This document shows positions 28,054 to 37,368 of a DNA stretch of 64,000 bases, piece by piece. Both the position numbers and the translations under genes were made by a program. This DNA is from a virus. Its lineage: Duplodnaviria > Caudoviricetes. The DNA lies in IMG/VR virus record IMGVR_UViG_2721755486_000001, positions 32,001 through 96,000 of that record, one strand, 5' to 3'. The notes beneath the pieces are model-generated. The model made no database searches, was not told the DNA's origin, and saw only the letters and a list, made by a program, of their open reading frames with translations. Every line of letters begins with the position of its first letter. The stretch's first letter is position 1.

Positions 28054-30891
28054 TCAGCGCCGCGAGGTGGACGAGGCCGTGGGTCGGCGGTTGGTCTGGC
28101 TGGCCCGCGCTCCGTGGGTGGTCGCAGGCACTGGCGCGTTTCCCCGCTTCCTGGGCTTGTACTTGCAGGCGGGGAAGTTGGAACAGGAACGAAACTCCCC
28201 GTAGGGGCCGGTGCGCAAGACCAGAACCCCTCGTTTGCACGAGGGGCATTCCTCCTCCTGAACGACCTGGCCGTCGGTGTCGGTGATCGACACCGCGCCG
28301 TCCTGCACAAGTTCCCTCAAAAAGCTGGAGCACTGACCGCGTGCCGTGAACATGGCCACGCTGCGCCGTGCCCTGGTCAGGGCCACGTAGAACAGGCGAC
28401 GCTCTTCCCCGTTAGGGTAGTTGTCCCCGGCGGGCATGGCCAACGCCAGTACCGGGTCGTCGGCGCGCGTGTTCGGGAAGCTACGCCCGCGCAGCACGCT
28501 CAGCATTTCCGGCAAGATCACGTAGTCGGCTTCGCTTCCCTTCGATCGGTGGACGGTGAGGAACGACACGTCCACCCAGCGCTCGAAGCGGGCCTTGTTG
28601 GCCGGGACGTACTGCCGATCGGCGTTGTAGCGCCCAAGCACGAAGACCGACACTTTCCCGTCTCGCCCAGGTGGGATGCTGCCGTCTTGGACCCCATGGG
28701 CCAGTTTCATCACGAACTGGGCGATGGCGTCGGCCAGCTTTTCCTTGTTGTCCACTTGGAACGCTTGCAGCATGGGTCCGATGGGCGGGGTGACCGACGT
28801 CACGCGTTTGCTGATCTGCGTTGGGTTCTTCGACACGAACCGGCTGGACACGTCGCACAGCGCCTGGGGGCAGCGGAACGTCTGTTCGAGCTTGAGCACC
28901 TGCCCGTGGCCGAACCATTCCCGGAAGCCGGTCATCACCGACACGTCCGCGCCGGCGAAACGGTTGATGGACTGCCAGTCGTCGCCCACGGCGAACAGGT
29001 ATCGCCCGGGCTTCTGAACCAAGGCGCGGCACAAGCGGGCCCGAGCCCGGGAGGCGTCCTGGAACTCGTCGGCCATGACCAGCTCGTAGGGCGCCTCGTA
29101 ACGACCACTTTCCAGATACTCGGCCGCCAGGTTGAGCATGTCCTCGAAGTCGATGCCGTCCTCGGCCGCCAACGCGGCGTCCCACGCTTTGATGATGGGC
29201 TCGGCGATGTCGAGGAAGAGGCGGTGCCGGTACTTGAACGCATCGTCCGGCAGGGCGTCCAGGCGTTGGCGCAGCGCCGCCGCGTTCAAGCAGTTGCTTT
29301 TGGCGTGGCTGATGAACGTTCTCACCAACGTCACCAGTTCCGCGGGTTCCATGGGCTTCTGACCGCCCGAGGGAATCTCGCGATCCGGGTTGGGGTCGAG
29401 TTCGACGCCCCGGCGGGTCAGCTCGTTGGCGAGGTGCTTGAACACGTCGCCGGTGCGTACCTGGTGCGACGTTGTTTCGATCAGCGCCGTGCCGCGTTCC
29501 CGATGCAACGTGCGTTTCCACTCGACGCCGGCGAGGTAGTCGCCAAAGTGTGGCGGGGCCTTGCCGTTGGCGTCCAGGGCGAAGTGCTCGTGGTACAGAT
29601 CAATGCCCGGGTAGAAGAAGTCCGGGCGGTATTGGCGATAATCCTCGTCGGCGGTCTTGAACTTGTACCGCTCCTCGTAGAGGTAATCCACGCCGTTGTA
29701 AAAGAGCCAGTTGGAGAGGGTGGCCTCTTCTTGGCTGCGCACGCGCTTCCCGTCGGCGGTGAGGGTTCGACCGTTGCCTTGCTCGTCCCAGACGTCCGGT
29801 GTGCCGTTCGATCCGAACGTCGGCAGATCCTTGCCAAACACGAACCGGAAGAGGTCCCATTGCGTTCGGAAGGTGGCGGAGCGGTCCTTGAGCTGATCGA
29901 CGATCTCGGTCAGCTTGCTGATGCCGCCGGCGGCGTCGGTGGCCCAATCCGGGACGTCGGGCTTTTCCTTCGTGGCCTTGCCGATGATGTGAAGGCCCAG
30001 GGCGTGGAAGGTTGAGGCTTCCACCGCGACGTCGTCCATGCCCAGCCGCTCGAACGATTTGGCGGCACGCTCCGCCAGTTCGACGGCGGCCTGCTTGTTG
30101 AAGGCCAGCATGACGATCCGCTTCGGTGCGACGAAGCCCCGGTCGATCGCATAGGCGGCTTTTGCCACCATGGTGGACGTCTTACCCGAGCCGGCCGACG
30201 CAACGACCTGCACGCGGTTGTCGAAGCAGATCACGGCCCGCGCTTGCTCCTCGGTCAGAGGCTTGCGCTCCACCCGGTCGAACAGGTCCTTGCACGCCGT
30301 CAACTCGCGCTTCGTATGGGCCGCGTTGAGGGCGGCCCAGTAGGGGCGATGGTCGGTTTCCCATTGGACGAGGGAACGCTCCATCTCGGCAGCTTCCTGG
30401 CCGAGCCTGGCGTTCACGTTGGCCTTCGTCATGCGCGCACGAATGGCCTTCACGTCGATGGATGGTCGGGCCGCTTCAATGGCCGCCTGGACCTCGTGCG
30501 TGATCCATCGCCGACCGGCTTCTGCAGTCTGCTCTTGCTGGGCCTTGTGGTCCAGCCAATCGAGCACGGTTTGATGAGCGTCACGTAGGAACGCCACGTC
30601 CTCGCGGATTTGCTTCTCGACCAGCGCAGCTTCCACAGCACTGGTCAAATCGGTCCCTCGGGCGTTGGGCAACCCGTCCACCTTCACGACCCGCGAGGGG
30701 CCTGGGTGGAGCGTGACGTCGGTCCAGAACACGCCCGGATTCACCCGGTACGCGCCAGCGTCGTCGATGTTGACGGCGTGCGTTTTTCCATCCACCGTCA
30801 ACGACAGTTTCAAGCCTTCAAGGAAGAGGCGCCAGTCCGGCGATCGTGTCAGTTTTCGGCCCCACGTGGAGGGAGCCCATTCTTTTTTCAT
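28054..30891 (-). CDS. UvrD/helicase IV-like SF1 helicase with inserted nuclease-like domain and C-terminal topoisomerase-type Zn ribbon
   Basis: ASAGSGKT, DEFQD, VGDDWQSINRF, TVHRSKGSE, EERRLFYVALTRAR; insert RSQEE...YRPDF...YHEHF; CPSC...CSNFPAC. Confidence 0.9.
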   Translation of the reverse strand: MKKEWAPSTWGRKLTRSPDWRLFLEGLKLSLTVDGKTHAVNIDDAGAYRVNPGVFWTDVTLHPGPSRVVKVDGLPNARGTDLTSAVEAALVEKQIREDVAFLRDAHQTVLDWLDHKAQQEQTAEAGRRWITHEVQAAIEAARPSIDVKAIRARMTKANVNARLGQEAAEMERSLVQWETDHRPYWAALNAAHTKRELTACKDLFDRVERKPLTEEQARAVICFDNRVQVVASAGSGKTSTMVAKAAYAIDRGFVAPKRIVMLAFNKQAAVELAERAAKSFERLGMDDVAVEASTFHALGLHIIGKATKEKPDVPDWATDAAGGISKLTEIVDQLKDRSATFRTQWDLFRFVFGKDLPTFGSNGTPDVWDEQGNGRTLTADGKRVRSQEEATLSNWLFYNGVDYLYEERYKFKTADEDYRQYRPDFFYPGIDLYHEHFALDANGKAPPHFGDYLAGVEWKRTLHRERGTALIETTSHQVRTGDVFKHLANELTRRGVELDPNPDREIPSGGQKPMEPAELVTLVRTFISHAKSNCLNAAALRQRLDALPDDAFKYRHRLFLDIAEPIIKAWDAALAAEDGIDFEDMLNLAAEYLESGRYEAPYELVMADEFQDASRARARLCRALVQKPGRYLFAVGDDWQSINRFAGADVSVMTGFREWFGHGQVLKLEQTFRCPQALCDVSSRFVSKNPTQISKRVTSVTPPIGPMLQAFQVDNKEKLADAIAQFVMKLAHGVQDGSIPPGRDGKVSVFVLGRYNADRQYVPANKARFERWVDVSFLTVHRSKGSEADYVILPEMLSVLRGRSFPNTRADDPVLALAMPAGDNYPNGEERRLFYVALTRARRSVAMFTARGQCSSFLRELVQDGAVSITDTDGQVVQEEECPSCKRGVLVLRTGPYGEFRSCSNFPACKYKPRKRGNAPVPATTHGARASQTNRRPTASSTSRR

Positions 30892-31067
30892 CGTCTACCC
30901 TGCAATAACCCCGGAAACCGGTCTCGGTCATGCCAGAGACCCGGTCGCGCCATGATAGCCTGACGCTGCTTTGCAGGCGGGCGACGGACGCCATGGTCAT
31001 GCAATGAGCATCTACATCGCTCGTGGCCACAGCATCGAAGGTTGGGTTTTTCGGTTCCTGGCAGGTG

Positions 31068-31742
31068 TCAACCCGGACCGTACAGCCTCTCCTCAATGGC
31101 CGCGTCCAGCCCGGCGACGAAGCGCTCCACGGTGTTGATCGTGGCTTCGAGGGAGGCCTGGCTGACGTGCACCATGGGCGGTGCCAACCAGGTCTGCGCG
31201 TCCGGGTCCAGGCGATCGAGCAGCTCCACCTCGCGGGCGTCCAGGAACACCGAGCGCGCGGCGCCCGGTTTCCGGTCGGCGTGCTTGGGCCGGTTGGTGG
31301 TGATCTCCAGGTCGTGCTGGATGCTGTTGCGCGTCAGCACGATGTCTTCCAGGACGGCGATGGGCACCGGGCCGTCGGCGAACGGGATCTTGAACGCCTC
31401 GGTAAAGATCGTGTCGTAGCCCCGCACCCAGCCCTTCCTGAACACGCGTTTGCGGTCCTCGGGGCTCAGCTCTTCGCAGTGGAGCCTGACGCGCGTTTGC
31501 AGGTACGCCTGCAACGCCGACGCCAGCATGCACAGGCACGCATGGCCCAGGACGTCGATCGAATCGTTGGCCTCCTGCCATTCGACCATGAACGCGGGTT
31601 CCGGGTCCTCCGAGTACGGCGGTACAAAGGGCTCTTCCTCGTTCTCGATCTTGGTCCGGCGTTCGACGAAGGGCGCCGACGAGCGGGCGTAAAGCTGCCG
31701 GATGAAATCCAGGCGTTGGTTCAGAAACCAGGCCACGTCCAT
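31068..31742 (-). CDS. hypothetical protein with HEPN-like RxxxxH motif
   Basis: 224 aa, helical, LTRNSIQH. Confidence 0.55.
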   Translation of the reverse strand: MDVAWFLNQRLDFIRQLYARSSAPFVERRTKIENEEEPFVPPYSEDPEPAFMVEWQEANDSIDVLGHACLCMLASALQAYLQTRVRLHCEELSPEDRKRVFRKGWVRGYDTIFTEAFKIPFADGPVPIAVLEDIVLTRNSIQHDLEITTNRPKHADRKPGAARSVFLDAREVELLDRLDPDAQTWLAPPMVHVSQASLEATINTVERFVAGLDAAIEERLYGPG

Positions 31743-31813
31743 GGCGGTCCCCCGATTGCATGAGTTCGAAACGTTGCGCCCGGCACCTTGACAGCACCGG
31801 GTGCCGTGTCCGC

Positions 31814-33340
31814 TTACGCGGTTGCGCGCGCCTTCTTTTTCTTGACGTATTCGTCAACGAAAGCCTTGATGCCCTCGCTTCGTGGGAAAGCCTTCTTCGC
31901 CTCGGCGGGCGCGACGATGCCCGCGTCGAGGAGACTGGCCAGCCCATCCTTCCACCGTGTGAGGAGTTTGTCGTTCAGGAACTGTTCGATCTGCTCGAAC
32001 GTGGCCACGTTGTCGATCGGCGCGCTGGTAGCCACGTACAAATCGGCGACCACCTTGTTCCCATCCTTGGACGGGAGGGGTGTGGTGGCTGCAATGGCGA
32101 TGATGCGGGCCAGCAGGTCCGCCTCCATGTCCGTCCCGCCACCCGCGCGCATGGTGCTCATGAACACGTTCATAACGTCGGCGCCATACGTGCCGCAAAT
32201 CAGCAGCGCGTCCTCGCTGTACTTCAACAACAGTTCGGGTTCGGTGTAGCTGGGATGGTAGATCAAGCGGCGATAGCCCTGGGCGTAGGCGCTCTCGATC
32301 GACGGCAAGAAGGGCAGTTGCCGGATCGCTTCTGGCACGTCCCAGTCCTTCGATGGCGTCGAGCGGTGGCGCGCCATGATGCGGGCGGCCGGACCGGCGT
32401 GCTCGGTCAGCGCCAATGAGGCCGCCACGAGGTCCATCGCGGAATGTTCGGCGATGACGGCGGACCCGAACAGCAACAAGCCGTTCGTACGTTCGGCGAG
32501 CGCATCACGCAAAGGTCCAACGAGCGGCGTCGGCAAAGCGTCGGCGGTTCCCGCCGGCGTGACCGGTTCTATCGTGGGCCATGCTCCGGAGAACGGCACG
32601 CGCGCTTGCAACTCGCCCTCGTCGGTGACGACGCCGATCAGTGCCGTTTCTTCGTCCACGTGCCCGTCCCTGGACGTGACCATGAGCCGAACGTCCTCGT
32701 GGAGCATCTCGGGCGTCGGGGTGTCGAGCAGTACCGCGACACGATGCCCCGAGTCCAGCGCGTACCGGCAAGCGGTTTCAAGACGGCTCGCAGTTCCATC
32801 CCAGGATTGCTGGTCGAGTTCGAGAGGGCCGACCACCAGCAACGTACCGCTGGGCACACGATCCAGGCCGGACGACCAGAGGCCGTATTCGCCCAGGTCG
32901 ATGGCGCTGGACCATCCGTTGCCGGCGCGTTCGGCGTAGAGCAGCGCGCCGTCGGTGGCGTCCTCGTACACCTCCAATAGGGCGTCGATCGCCTTCTGGG
33001 AGGTCGCGATATAGACGCCGGGAACGGGACCCGACGGCCAGATCTGCGGGGCCCCGCGGGCGACGACCGCACCGGGCGGCGACAGCGCGACAAGCAACTC
33101 CTGCGGCGACATGTCGACCGCGAAGCGCTTCTTCAGGCGGAACGCCAGGCGGCCGGTTGAGGTGGTGTCCAGCTCGGCGGCGGCGACGCGCTCGGGGAAC
33201 GCCATCACCTCGGGCCAGTTACGAAGCCCGGGCAGCGCTGCGATCAGGTCGAGCGCCTGGCCATGACCAAGGGAGGGGTGCGTGGGCTGCAAAAGGCCGC
33301 GGACGAGCCCGGCCAGCAGCTTCAACTGCTGCGTATCCAT
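31814..33340 (-). CDS. Glyoxalase_8-like N-terminal domain protein, possible degenerate P-loop/PilT-like C-terminus
   Basis: LGHGQALDLIAALPGLRNW N-terminus; GGAG RBS; no intact Walker A. Confidence 0.6.
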   Translation of the reverse strand: MDTQQLKLLAGLVRGLLQPTHPSLGHGQALDLIAALPGLRNWPEVMAFPERVAAAELDTTSTGRLAFRLKKRFAVDMSPQELLVALSPPGAVVARGAPQIWPSGPVPGVYIATSQKAIDALLEVYEDATDGALLYAERAGNGWSSAIDLGEYGLWSSGLDRVPSGTLLVVGPLELDQQSWDGTASRLETACRYALDSGHRVAVLLDTPTPEMLHEDVRLMVTSRDGHVDEETALIGVVTDEGELQARVPFSGAWPTIEPVTPAGTADALPTPLVGPLRDALAERTNGLLLFGSAVIAEHSAMDLVAASLALTEHAGPAARIMARHRSTPSKDWDVPEAIRQLPFLPSIESAYAQGYRRLIYHPSYTEPELLLKYSEDALLICGTYGADVMNVFMSTMRAGGGTDMEADLLARIIAIAATTPLPSKDGNKVVADLYVATSAPIDNVATFEQIEQFLNDKLLTRWKDGLASLLDAGIVAPAEAKKAFPRSEGIKAFVDEYVKKKKARATA

Positions 33341-33554
33341 TGCTTTCTCCAGGGCGGTAAATCCGGTGCACGCTTTGCGGACCGCCCATCGAAAACAAGG
33401 ACTATGGAATGGGGTGGGTGCGGTGGAACATCGTCTTCGTCATGCCCCGGAGGGCGCGTGCGGCAGGCGACGACAGCCTGGGCACACTATAGCAGGAAAA
33501 ATGCGCCCATCCGCACCGCTCAAAGGTGCTCGCGCACGCAACGCCGGCATCGGT

Positions 33555-34835
33555 TCACCGTGCCGTCGGAAGCCCCTCCCACTCGGTCGTGTAGCTGGGC
33601 GTTTTCGCGTTCTGGCTCATGTGCCAAGCCTGGTGACCCTCGACGTTCCCCACCCGCAGGGTCCCGCGTCCGAAGCGATCGTTCACGGCGTCCAGCGCGG
33701 CCATCAGGCGCTCGCGTCGTGGCGCGGGCCCGGCGAACAGGTCGGCTTGCTCCACCGTTCGGTCCGTCAGGTCCAGCAGCATCACCCCCGCCTTGGCGTA
33801 CTTGAAGCCCGGCTTGTACAGGCGGGCCAGGCCGGCCAGCGCGGCCTCCACCAGGCGCAGGGTGTCGCCCACCGGGACGGCGAGCGGCACCACCACCGCG
33901 GCGCTGTACTGCTTGTCCTTTTTGCGAAACGCGGACGTCTGGATGAACACGTGGACCTGGCCCGCCTTTAGCCCCTGGCGTCGCAGGCGCTCGGCCGCGG
34001 TGGCGGCGAAATCCCGCACCGCGATCGACAGGTCCTCCTGGGTCAGCACCGGGTGGCCGAACGACCGGGAGCAGATGATCTGCTTTTGCGGCTGGGCCTC
34101 GGCCTCGAACCCGTAGCAGGCGATCCCGTTCAGCTCGTGCACCGTGCGTTCGAGCACCACCGAGACGGTGGACCGGACGAACGACGGGCTGGCCCGTTTC
34201 AGGTCCAGCGCGGTGGCGATCCCGTCGGCGACCAGGCGCTCCCGCAACCGGCGGCCGACGCCCCAGACCTCGCCGACCTCGACCAGGCCCAGCAACTCGT
34301 CGCGATCGCGCTCCGGTAGCGCGGTCAGGTCGCACACCCCCGACCACGGGCGCCCGACGTTCTTCTTCGCGATGTGGTTGGCCATCTTCGCCAGGGTCTT
34401 CGACGGGGCGATGCCCACGCAGGTCGGAATCCCGATCCAGCGCAGCACGCGCTCGCGCATCAGTTGGCCGTAGACCGTCAGGCTCCCGGCGAGGGTGCCC
34501 ATCCCGGTGAGGTCCACGAAACACTCGTCGATCGAGTAGACCTCCTGCACCGGGCTGAACTGGCCGAGGATGGCCATCATCCGGGCGGACATGTCGGCGT
34601 ACAGGGCGTAGTTGCTGCTCAGCGCGACCAGGCCGGCCTCCTGCACCAGGTGGCGGATCTGGAAGAAGGGCACGCCCATTTTCACGCCCAGGTCCTTGGC
34701 CTCCTGGGACCGTGCCACGGCACAGCCATCGTTGTTCGACAGGACGATGAGCGGGCGCCCCACCAGGTCCGGGCGGAACACCCGCTCGCACGAGCAGTAG
34801 AAGTTGTTCCCGTCGACGAGGGCGAAGGTCGGCAT
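33555..34835 (-). CDS. umuC: Y-family DNA polymerase V subunit
   Basis: ALVDGNNFYCSCE, VLSNNDGC, SSNYALY, YSIDE, GIAPSKTLAK, C-terminal TPSYTTEW. Confidence 0.95.
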   Translation of the reverse strand: MPTFALVDGNNFYCSCERVFRPDLVGRPLIVLSNNDGCAVARSQEAKDLGVKMGVPFFQIRHLVQEAGLVALSSNYALYADMSARMMAILGQFSPVQEVYSIDECFVDLTGMGTLAGSLTVYGQLMRERVLRWIGIPTCVGIAPSKTLAKMANHIAKKNVGRPWSGVCDLTALPERDRDELLGLVEVGEVWGVGRRLRERLVADGIATALDLKRASPSFVRSTVSVVLERTVHELNGIACYGFEAEAQPQKQIICSRSFGHPVLTQEDLSIAVRDFAATAAERLRRQGLKAGQVHVFIQTSAFRKKDKQYSAAVVVPLAVPVGDTLRLVEAALAGLARLYKPGFKYAKAGVMLLDLTDRTVEQADLFAGPAPRRERLMAALDAVNDRFGRGTLRVGNVEGHQAWHMSQNAKTPSYTTEWEGLPTAR

Positions 34836-34838
34836 GGC

Positions 34839-35288
34839 TCAGGCCCGCACGCGTACCCGGGTGGCGAGCACCTGGCGCAGGTTCCAGGTGACCACGCCCC
34901 ATACGGTCATTTCCTGGGCGTCGGAGAACACGATGGGCGCGTAGGCCGGGTTGGCCGCCACCAGCTTCACGATCCCCCCGCGGCGGTACAGGCGCTTGAC
35001 CGTGAACTCCCCATCGACGCACGCGAGCACGATCAGGCCGTGCTTCGGCTCGATCGAACGGTCCACCACCAGCTTGTCCCCGTCCCAGATCCCGGCCCCG
35101 CTCATGCTGTCGCCCTCGACGTTGAACAGGAAGGTCGACAGCGGGTTGAGGACCAGCACGTCGTTCAGGTCGATGCGACGCTGGGCGTGGTCCTGGGCGG
35201 GGCTGGGGAAGCCCGCCGGCACGCGCGAAAGCGCCTCGACGATGAAAAGAGCGGCCGGGTCCTCGGCGAGGGGGACGGGGTGGTTCAT
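34839..35288 (-). CDS. umuD: UmuD/S24 peptidase subunit
   Basis: VPAGFPSPAQD, VEGDSM, FTVKRL. Confidence 0.95.
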   Translation of the reverse strand: MNHPVPLAEDPAALFIVEALSRVPAGFPSPAQDHAQRRIDLNDVLVLNPLSTFLFNVEGDSMSGAGIWDGDKLVVDRSIEPKHGLIVLACVDGEFTVKRLYRRGGIVKLVAANPAYAPIVFSDAQEMTVWGVVTWNLRQVLATRVRVRA

Positions 35289-35301
35289 GGTGATGCAAAT
35301 A

Positions 35302-35317
35302 CTGTATGGATATACAG
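35302..35317. promoter_or_regulatory. LexA (SOS) box
   Basis: CTGT-ATGGATAT-ACAG, 13 bp upstream of the umuD start. Confidence 0.9.
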
Positions 35318-35517
35318 TCTAGCAGGTGAGGTTGCCGTTGGGGAGGTCGACGTGATCGCGACATCCCTGTGGCACCGGGGCTTTTGATTACAATCGTCGG
35401 ACATAGGGTGGGGCTGACGACACGGCTTGGCAGCCCCGCAATGCGTGCCGTTGCGCGAGGGCGGGAGAATCCTGTGCGCTGCGGTGGCGCCCAAAACGAC
35501 AACAGACGGGAGCGGTT

Positions 35518-37368
35518 TTGAGCATTCAAACGGTTTCGGGGTCGCAGTTCGCCAGAATGTTTTGCCTTCGCCCAACGCAATACGCATGGCTTTTGGGGGC
35601 GGGTGCTTCAGCCGCTGCGGGAATCCCCACCGGCTATGCGATGATCACCGACTTCAAAAAGCGGATTTTTTGTGATCTGTCCGGGGCCAAGCTCAAGGAG
35701 GTTGATGCTGACGATCCGCTCTGGATCCAACGCATCGACACGTTCCTTGCGTCACGCTCGGTCCTCCCGCCGCCGAACGATCCCACGGAGTACGCCGCGG
35801 CATTTGAGGCGGTCTACCCAACACCGCAGGACCGGCGAAACTACATCAGCCTGGCGGTGCAAAAGGGCACGCCGTCCTACGCGCACCGGGTGCTTGCAGG
35901 GTTGATCACCACCGGTCGCGTCCCTTGCGTGTTCACGACCAACTTCGACAGCCTAGTGGAAACCGCGGCGACGGTGACCGACCAGCTCGTGGCTCCCGAT
36001 GACCGCGCTAACCTGTCGGTGTCGGGGATCGACAACGCGGAACGTGCGATGCACGCCCTCGGCGAGAGCCGCGCGCTCTTGGCGAAGATCCACGGCGACT
36101 ATCAGTCGGTCAGCCTGAAGAACACCACCGACGAACTGCGTGAGCAGGACGCGCAAATGCGTACGGTCCTGACAAGTGCTTGCGGTCGGTATGGCCTGAT
36201 CGTGGTCGGCTACAGCGGGCGCGACGCTTCCGTGATGAATGCTCTGAACGATGCCCTGGCCCAGCCCACGCCGTACCCCGCGGGGATCCATTGGGTAACC
36301 CGATCGACCGACGGATTGTTGCCGGACGTCCGGGCCTTTCTCGAGGCCGCGGCGGCCAAAGGCGTGCGGGTCACGGTCGTCGAGTGCCAGACGTTCGACG
36401 AGTTGGCGGCAGACATTGCCGATGGTTCGACGTGGCCGCAGCAGCTCGACGCCCACATCGGGTCGTTCGCTCCGCCCAGCGTGGTTAGACCGGTGCCGTT
36501 GCCAACCAAGGAGCACAGCGCTTTCCCCATTCTTCGTTGCTCGGCCATCCCAGTGCTGGAGATGCCGAGGGTGGCGAGGCGCATCACGCTGGAGCGGAGC
36601 GTGACCACGCCGGATGCTCGTCAGATGCTGAGGGACGCCGACGTGTGGGCGATCGTCGCCAGCAGAGGAAAGGAAATAGCCGCGTTCGGGAATGACGAAG
36701 AGCTGGCTCGTGCCTTCGGACCAGCGGGCGGGCGGCTCGACGGTACGGTCAACCTGGCACCCGCCGACGACAGTTGGGCGCTCGGACTGCTATACGACGC
36801 TTTGACGCGAGCCGTCTGCCGAAATCGTCCGCTGAGGGTGCGCTGGCGGCGCAGTGGTCATGCGGTGATGGTTCGAGGTGACTCGGACAAGGAAACGCCG
36901 CAAGCGCGCGAGACGCGGTTGGCCCGGCAGGCCAGACTGCGGAACGCGTATTCGAGCGCGCTATACGGGAAGACGCCTCAGGGGTACCCCTTCCAGGAAG
37001 GGGTAGAGCTTCACCTGGAGCAGGCTGCCGATCGCTGGTGGTTGACGTTCGAGCCGGCCACGTTCGTCGACGTCCCTTATCCCGAACCCGCACAGGATCG
37101 CCCAGACACCGAAACTAGCCTTGACCGTCCGCGCTTCGTCGACCCCACCATCGACTGGCGGCGGGAGCGATGGGCTCAGCGCTACAACCACGTTTGGTCG
37201 GCCATCATCGACGCGTGGGCCGATACGCTGGCGGGCGATGGGAGCCGCGTTCTGCTGACGACGGGCGTTCCCCAGGACGAAGGCATCGACGCCGTGTTCA
37301 AGGTTTCGCCCATCACGGCGTGGAGCCGTCCGAGCCATGAGCATGCGTACTTCCAAAGGAACCAGTGA
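35518..37368 (+). CDS. SIR2-APAZ NADase effector of a short-pAgo system (SPARSA type)
   Basis: LLGAGAS...GIP, TTNFD, KIHGDY and VGYSGRD sirtuin motifs; ~280-aa C-terminal region; stop overlaps the pAgo start; TTG start with GGGAG RBS. Confidence 0.88.
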   Translation: MSIQTVSGSQFARMFCLRPTQYAWLLGAGASAAAGIPTGYAMITDFKKRIFCDLSGAKLKEVDADDPLWIQRIDTFLASRSVLPPPNDPTEYAAAFEAVYPTPQDRRNYISLAVQKGTPSYAHRVLAGLITTGRVPCVFTTNFDSLVETAATVTDQLVAPDDRANLSVSGIDNAERAMHALGESRALLAKIHGDYQSVSLKNTTDELREQDAQMRTVLTSACGRYGLIVVGYSGRDASVMNALNDALAQPTPYPAGIHWVTRSTDGLLPDVRAFLEAAAAKGVRVTVVECQTFDELAADIADGSTWPQQLDAHIGSFAPPSVVRPVPLPTKEHSAFPILRCSAIPVLEMPRVARRITLERSVTTPDARQMLRDADVWAIVASRGKEIAAFGNDEELARAFGPAGGRLDGTVNLAPADDSWALGLLYDALTRAVCRNRPLRVRWRRSGHAVMVRGDSDKETPQARETRLARQARLRNAYSSALYGKTPQGYPFQEGVELHLEQAADRWWLTFEPATFVDVPYPEPAQDRPDTETSLDRPRFVDPTIDWRRERWAQRYNHVWSAIIDAWADTLAGDGSRVLLTTGVPQDEGIDAVFKVSPITAWSRPSHEHAYFQRNQ

